A DNA stretch of 64,000 nt from Eledone cirrhosa (taxonomy: Eukaryota), in NCBI GenBank assembly GCA_964016885.1, contig OZ024744.1, positions 93,062,001 to 93,126,000 of the forward strand, given 5' to 3'. The notes under the pieces are model-generated. The model searched no databases. It was not told the origin of the DNA and worked only from the letters and a program-made list of their open reading frames with translations. Of the stretch, positions 57,050-64,000 are shown piece after piece; the first letter of the stretch is position 1, and every line of letters starts with the position of its first letter. Both the position numbers and the translations under genes were made by a program.

Positions 57050-58510
57050 TATTGAACAGTTAAAATACATTAGGAGTGGTGTGGTGTGGACTTTTGATAG
57101 GATACCATTCTGCAGACTGATAGTAGCTAAGAATATTAGGTGTAGATGAATGGCTTATGAGAGCAGTGCAAGTCATGTAGAGATGCTCTCAGCAAGTTGG
57201 AAATTAGCAATTTATCAAGCAAGGGGTTTTGAGTGCAGGTAAGAATTCATTAGAACTCAGTTCTTATCCCACCCCAGTTTATTATAAGTCTCCAGGTCAT
57301 AACAGATGGGTGTCTTTATGTACAGTATTGCTGGAAGGCGGACAACTGGAACAGAGTTCCTAAAAAGTTATTTGATATGGTGTTTTCCAACATGACCACG
57401 TCTGCCAAACAAAGTCCCCTTACATGAATCTTTAATTGTGACACTGGTGCCACTAAACTGGAGGTAAAAGCAAGAATACGGTGCCATCATCATTACTTTT
57501 TAATGTCCATTTTCCACACCGGCATGAGTTAGATGAGTTGTCCGATTGGGAGACAAGTCAGATCAGATGACTTTTAGTCACAGAACTATTTATGGTTTGG
57601 TTTCTATGGCTGGATGGGCTTCCTAACGCCAACTATATTTACAGTATGGACTGGGTGCTTTTTGATGTGGTACCAAAATGACTACAGTGTGGACTGGGCA
57701 CTTATGACACCAACACAACCAATTTACAGGTTAGATAGGCTGCATTTTGTCATGGCACCAAAACAACCACTTTACAGTATGAACTGGGCGCTATATTATA
57801 GACAGTCAATCAATTGTCAAATTGGACTGAGGAAACAACGTTTCCGTTGGTCATTCCAATTGCTAATACTATCTATCGGTCACAACTCCAGGTAGAAGGA
57901 GCAACGGGAAATAAAGTGTCTTGCTCAAGGACATAACGCATCACCTGGTCCAGGAATCAAACTCACAACCTCACAATTGCAAATCCAATTCTCTAACCAC
58001 TCAGCCACACACATATATATATATTCAAACCGGCAGCCTCTGTTCACAATGCTGTACATGTACTGACTGGGGCTGGTTCAACCCATCTTAGATCAACACT
58101 GACATGTACAAGAAAATACATAAGAGTATAAGATGGTACCTCCTGTATATCAGTGACTTAGTTCTCATTGCTAAATCAGTCAAAGAATTAGAGAAAAAAT
58201 TCTGAATGTGTAAGTAAAGCCTAGAATGTAGAGGCCTCCAAATAAACCTACCAAAAGACAAATGTTATAGTTAGAAGGATAAAAGATGACCACAGGAAGG
58301 TGACGATACTTGATATGCACAAAAGATGTTGGTAGGCAGGAACTCTTTACTTTGTACCAAATGTAAACTATGGATGCACAAGACTTGTAGTGAGATCGCA
58401 GCCAAGCTGATAGAGGAAACTATGTATGTAGCAGATGCACAGGAGTAGCTAATAGGAGCACCCATAAAATATATTTTCTCAGAAGGTCCACTAGAAGTAG
58501 TTGATCTGGA
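57050..58510 (+). mobile_element. Old fragmented PHD-RTE LINE interrupted by younger repeats
   Basis: LGVDEWLMRAVQVM at ~57135; NSLLCTKCKLWMHKTCS at ~58340; EGPLEVVD at ~58480. Confidence 0.6.
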
Positions 58511-61500
58511 GCTACATACTGTCACAGCATTTACCATAAATCTAGTCGATAAAGAGCTAGCTACACAAGGTCACAGCTTTGATAAGTATAGTTGATCAAT
58601 GTTGATCTAGAGATACATTTGATCACATCTTTGATCATAGGTCTAGTTTAATGATGTCTCAGCAGTGACATGCTGCAGATCTTTAGGTGATTTGCAGTGA
58701 ACTTTTAAAAATAAAAATCCTCATAAAAGCAGTTTACAAATTAACAAACTAGTAACTCATCATTAGTCATTCTTGCACCCAATTATTTTGCACTTATTTC
58801 CTGAATCATAAAGGCACCAACATCAACTGTTAATAAAACTAATTAAATTGCTACAAAAATAGAAGAAACAAAATGTTTAAGTTCGGTGGACTGAATAAAC
58901 AGTATGTTGTTGATGATAAGGGTGCTAAAAAAATGTTAAGGATTGTGTTGGAGCTAGTTATCAATAGGTATTTGGATGTTAAACACCAATCACTCCTAGA
59001 AAAAAAAAAACTGTTGAAGACTCCCAACAGCTAAAGTGGAAAACACTCCCAATAAAAGAACATTAAAATTCTTGGAAGGACCTTCCTTCCCATGTAGTAA
59101 CTGCAAGTTTTAGTTTTCCACATATTCTCGATCATGGAAAATAAGTGGAGGGGGAGGGAGGGGGAGGTTATTACAGACATTTTTTACTGAGCATCACCAT
59201 GTTTATTTGATGACTCTTATAATGAGAACACTGTTATATAGTGCGTGAATAACTTTTGAAAATGATGACGGCCAACATAGAAAATAGAATTCATCCAACC
59301 CTTACAAGCAGGGAAAGCAGATGTTAAATGATGATGATGACTTAAGTACCTGTCACTTTTTCTATTTGTACTGATGAGACCACTTATATTACGTCATTAG
59401 CTTAATTAGCTATTAAAGCACAAATATTTTCAGAGTGGTTCTTTTCATGACAAGTTGATTAAGTTACAAAATTTACTTCAAGATAAATACCAACACAATC
59501 CGATGGTGCCTCTAACACTATGTTAAAATATTGGTTTTGTAAAGCAGCAATTTACAGAAACTGTTGGTCCACTCAGTTTTTTTTTCCCAATATATCAGGA
59601 AGTACTATAAGTAAAAGATGTACTATAAGCTCTGTATAGCTTATTTATAAGTTAGAAGCTGTGTGTAAGCTGTACATGTAATCATCATTAAACATCTACT
59701 TTTCCATGTTAGCATGGGTTAAACGAGTTGTCCCATTTGAGGCAAGTTGGGTCAGGTGACTGTCTTGCTCACACAGGACTGTTTCTGGCTTAGTGTCTAC
59801 GGCTGGATGCCCTTCCTAATGCCAACCACATTTACAGTGTATGCTAGGTACTTTTTGTTGTGACACACCTACACAACCACTTTACAGTGAGGGCTAGGTG
59901 CTTTTTGCAGTGTCGCTATCACAACCACTTAACAGAATTTAATTTACTTTTAAATAAAGTTGAATCAGTTTACAACAGCTTAGTAATGTACAGTGATATT
60001 CGATAGTAGTCAGTCATGTACTTGAACAATTTGTTAAATGTTTCAGTAAAATTAGATGATTTTTCTTTTTTAGATACGAAAAGAACAGTAAATGATTTTC
60101 CTAAACTAAAATGATTTTGCTTAACTCAAACTTGTTTTTATGGATTTTTGATTGAATCTAAATATACTTAAGGTAACAAAATAACAGACTCATTAGAATG
60201 TCAGACAGAATGCTTTGTGGTATTTGTTACGGTTCTCTGGGCTTGGAGTTCAAATCTTGCTGAGATCAACTTTGCCTTTCATGCTTTTGATGTTGATAAA
60301 AAAAAGTACCAGTCTAGTACTAGGGTTGATTCTTTCTCTATATCACTTTCTCACTTCTCTATCACTTACTCTCTCTTTCTGGAAGAAATCTAAAGTATTC
60401 AGACATGGAGAGGAGATGGGCTGCACCAGGTTTAAAAGAAGCACAGGAAACACTGTATGTCACTACAACACTCCTACAATGCCATCGGGAGTTATGGGTT
60501 AACAGCAGAAGAAACAAACTTAACATTAAAGTGCAGGATCTTGAGAAATCTATTGACATGATATTTTAACTTGATCATGAATTTTGAGAGTAAACTCAGC
60601 TGTAATGTTTCAATGAGAGTTAGAAAATAAAAATTTCAATAATTTCCAAAAAGAGAAGAAATTTTAACAAAGAAACCAGTCAGCTGTAAGAATTTTGAAC
60701 AAGGAAAACATCTAACTGAAGTTCTAAGACTGTATGTGACTAGTTTTCTTGTAGATTATTGTGATTCAGTTAGAGAAATCAATGCAACCCTAATGGAGCA
60801 GCTTTCACAAACCCGAGTGGTTGAATTTAAGAGATCTAGAAATATAGTTCTCTAAGAAATGTAGTTAGTTCACCTAGTGATAGTGGGGTGAGGCACTGAA
60901 TAGTACTGCTTATCTACTTTTCAATAGACCCCCCACCTCCCCACAGATTTAGTAAAATTTACAGTGTTATGTTTAATCCAAAACTTCACCTTAGAATTAT
61001 TGTGAAAAATTAGAGTGGCCACCCAGAATAATCCAATCCTTAAACTGGTGTCGAGCCCGAGTTAATTTAGAAGAAAAAAAGACTTCATTACACACAAAGC
61101 TGATTTAGAAGAAACTGAACGTGAACATGCACAATTAATCATGAATAAACATTCAGATTGAACAGCTAGGAGAGTGGAATTTTGCATTTCCCAAAATATT
61201 GATGCTCTTTAAAATTCCTGCTAAAACACCCACTCTTAACCATTTTCTCATGATCATGATCACCACCATCACCACAGTTTAACATCCTTTTTTCTACCCT
61301 AGAATGGGTTAGATGAGCTGTCCCATTTGAGACAAGTCAGGTCAAGTGTGTGTCTAACTCATACAGAACTGTTCCTGGCTTGGTTTCTATGGCTGCATAC
61401 CCTTCCTAATGCTAACCACATTTACAGTGTGTGGACTGAACACTTTTTGTCATGACACCAACATGACTACATTCCAGTGTGGACTAGGTGCTTTTTGTCG

Positions 61501-62155
61501 TGACACTAACACAACCAATTTACAGTGTGGACTCACAGACTCTCAGACTCATTACTCTCAGAACTAAATAATATAAAACTAAACAAAACAGTGACTGATG
61601 ACTTCAGGTAATTGATAAACATCTGTATATAACAAGATCATTCATTTATATAAGTTATTTATTTTTTTTAAAATGTGATGGCACGTGGCTATGTGGTTAA
61701 GGTGCTGGGTTCATGATCACGAGTTCCATTCCCAGACCAGGCAGCACATTGTGTCCTTGAACAAGACACTAATTCATGTTTACATGTTTACTGAGTTGGC
61801 AAAAATGAGTTGCACCTGTAAATTCAAGAGGCCAGCCTTGTCACATACTATGTCACGCTGAATCTCCCTGACAACAAAGTTTAGGGTACAGCTGTCTGGA
61901 AAGTTCAGCCACTTACACATTAATTTCACAAGCAGGCAGTTCCATTGTTCAAACAACTGTGGCACTCTTCATCAGGACTAAATGACAGATGACTAAAAAC
62001 ATACTTTAAAAAAAAAAAAAAAAAGGATACAACTTTATGAACACACAAATAGTAAGTGTATACATTGGTGAGAATCATATTTCTTAACCTAAATAGAAAA
62101 TTCAAAAAATATATATCCAACATGAAGGATATCTGATTTCATTATGAAACAAACA

Positions 62156-62248
62156 GTACTAGCTACAGCAGTACATATTCTAAAATTGGAACCACAGATT
62201 GGCCCTGCACAAAAATGACATGCAAATTCGTGAAGTGTTCCATATTTT
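62156..62248 (+). pseudogene. U6 snRNA pseudogene
   Basis: gtactagctacagcagtacatattctaaaattggaac...ggccctgcacaaaaatgacatgcaaattcgtgaagtgttccatatttt aligns end to end with U6. An internal deletion removes part of the ACAGAGA box and the AGC triad. Confidence 0.9.
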
Positions 62249-62250
62249 CT

Positions 62251-62865
62251 TAGGGTGGTGGATTGACAGTATTAGTAAAGCATTGGACAATATGCTTCGT
62301 GGCATATAGTTATGGCCCTTTATGTTCTGAGTTCAAATCCTGCTGATGTTAGCTTTGCCTTTCATCCTTACGGGATCGATAAATTAAAGTACCAGTAACA
62401 CACAGGTTGATTTAATCAACTTTCCCCTCCACCATAATTCTTGGCCTTGTGCCTAAATCAAAAACCAATATTATACAAACAGATAGGGCAGTGTATCGGC
62501 AGTCTTAGAGTATTGGGGAAATACAAGGTAGTATTTGTTCTGAGTTCAAATCCTGCCAAGGATCAACTTTGTCTTTCATCTTTCCACAGTCAATAAAATT
62601 ACACCACCAGTTAAGAACTGGCCCTAAAATTGCTGGCCTTGTGCCAATGATAGAAAGAAGCATTTATAGTATCGAGGGCAGTATATCGAAAGTTGTTATA
62701 ACGTCAAACAAATATTTAGTGGTATTTATTCCATCTCGCTACATGCTAAGTTCATATCCCACCAAGGTCAAGTTTGCCTTTCATTTTTCTGTGAATAAAA
62801 GAAAATACCAGACAACTTTCCCCTTCCCTCCAAATTGTTGGCCGTGTGCCTAAATTAAAAATCAT
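62251..62865 (+). mobile_element. Three head-to-tail Meta-type SINE copies
   Basis: gagttcaaatcc/agttcatatcc...tttg(c/t)ctttcat...ttggccttgtgcc repeated at ~62251, ~62485 and ~62675. Confidence 0.7.
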
Positions 62866-64000
62866 TATCAAACAATCAGATATAGTTAGTGTGTATATAA
62901 GAGTCCTTGGTTTGGAAACACAGCGAGATAATCATTATATTTTCATGGCATAAATAAATGAACTTCTATCAACACATGATTACAACTTGGCAACAAAATT
63001 TTGTAGTTTACATGATAAAGAAAAAACTTCCAGGCTTACTAACACTGCATACATTTTTAACTTCATTAAATAATACCGTTGATTTAGTTTCTCAGCAACA
63101 AAGAGTGTGACGTCAAAAAAGGAAGGTGTGTCTTTTAGAATTGTTGACTAGGTTCCTTGAGGGGAAACAAAGGTATGACAATTTCTAAGCATCTCATTGG
63201 TCAGAATAAGATTAAGGGTGGTTCTTAATTGTATTTGGCTCGACATATTTTAAACTCCGGTGTGGCTTAATAAATCGTTTGTTTATTGAAACAAACACAG
63301 CAATATCATAGTTACGATTTTATTTATTTGATTTGCATTATTACTATAGTGATGAAGAGTAGTGGATTGGCAGTATCGGTAGAGTGTTGGCGAAAATACT
63401 TTACGGTATTCAGTTACAACTTACTGAGTTCAAATACTACCGAGGTTAACTTTGCCTTCCATCCTTCCAAAATTGATATAATAAAGTAACAGTTAAATAC
63501 CGGAGTTGATATAATTGTATTTTTCCATTCCATGCATACCTCGTGGCATTAGTGATGCTACAATTCAATTCTATATTATATACACATTATATACTATATA
63601 AACACCATATATGATCTTGTCCAAGGGAAAAGCAAAGGCCAATACAGCTTGGTACCAGTGATGCCAAAATTCATTTCTACAACTAAGTGAACTGAGGCAA
63701 CATGAAAAACCATTATTCTATGTCTGAGAAATAGGTGAAAATCCAAACCCTATTTATAAACAGAGAAGCTAATCAACACATCGTTTAGATGGCATATATA
63801 AACCAACCTCCTATTTTACCATTGATTATTTGGCCACATATTCCTAAACATATTCAAGTATATACAGTGTTTCTAAAACTCAGCATTTTGAAATGTATTG
63901 AGTACTTCATTAGATAGAAACTACTCTTGTTGATTAAGGTTATCAAATCCTAATACACACACACACGCGCACACACACGTATTTATATAACTGGAAATTT

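Noticed and set aside
62156-62248. Functional U6 gene
   Set aside because: The catalytic ACAGAGA/AGC region is deleted and there are multiple substitutions.

Overview
AT-rich, intron-dominated animal DNA. The kb-scale (TA)n/(TATG)n arrays, (GAT)n-tailed RTE-type LINEs and CORE/Meta-type tRNA-SINEs suggest an octopus or other coleoid cephalopod (inference). The only host gene supported is UBL3 (ubiquitin-like 3/MUB) on the minus strand. Its four coding exons (36872-36980, 30596-30682, 20111-20185, 14869-14930) splice to ...ITIRLILVSGKTKEFIFSPNDSAADITEYVYSNWPEDWADEVLPSTNILRLIYQGRFLHGNVTLGALQLPLGKTVMHLVARENLPEPNNQGQLKKDKNGESTCSNCCIIL*. The first coding exon is outside the window or is the ATG|GTAAGT candidate at 54912. 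The rest is repeats: a young 5'-truncated RTE LINE with an internal PHD-type finger plus decayed relatives, SINEs, piggyBac/pogo/hAT-like MITEs, a U6 pseudogene and micro/minisatellites. Most notable: (1) a nearly complete type I hammerhead ribozyme fold at 47608-47762, with two fold-back palindromes and one more decayed fold that look like hammerhead/Penelope-type remnants at (TA)n tracts; (2) a ~75-copy 30-bp minisatellite apparently grown from the last codons of a LINE ORF behind a fold-back seed; (3) a U6-SINE chimera with a candidate target-site duplication. Repeat boundaries are approximate, and family names come from recalled consensus motifs, not database searches.
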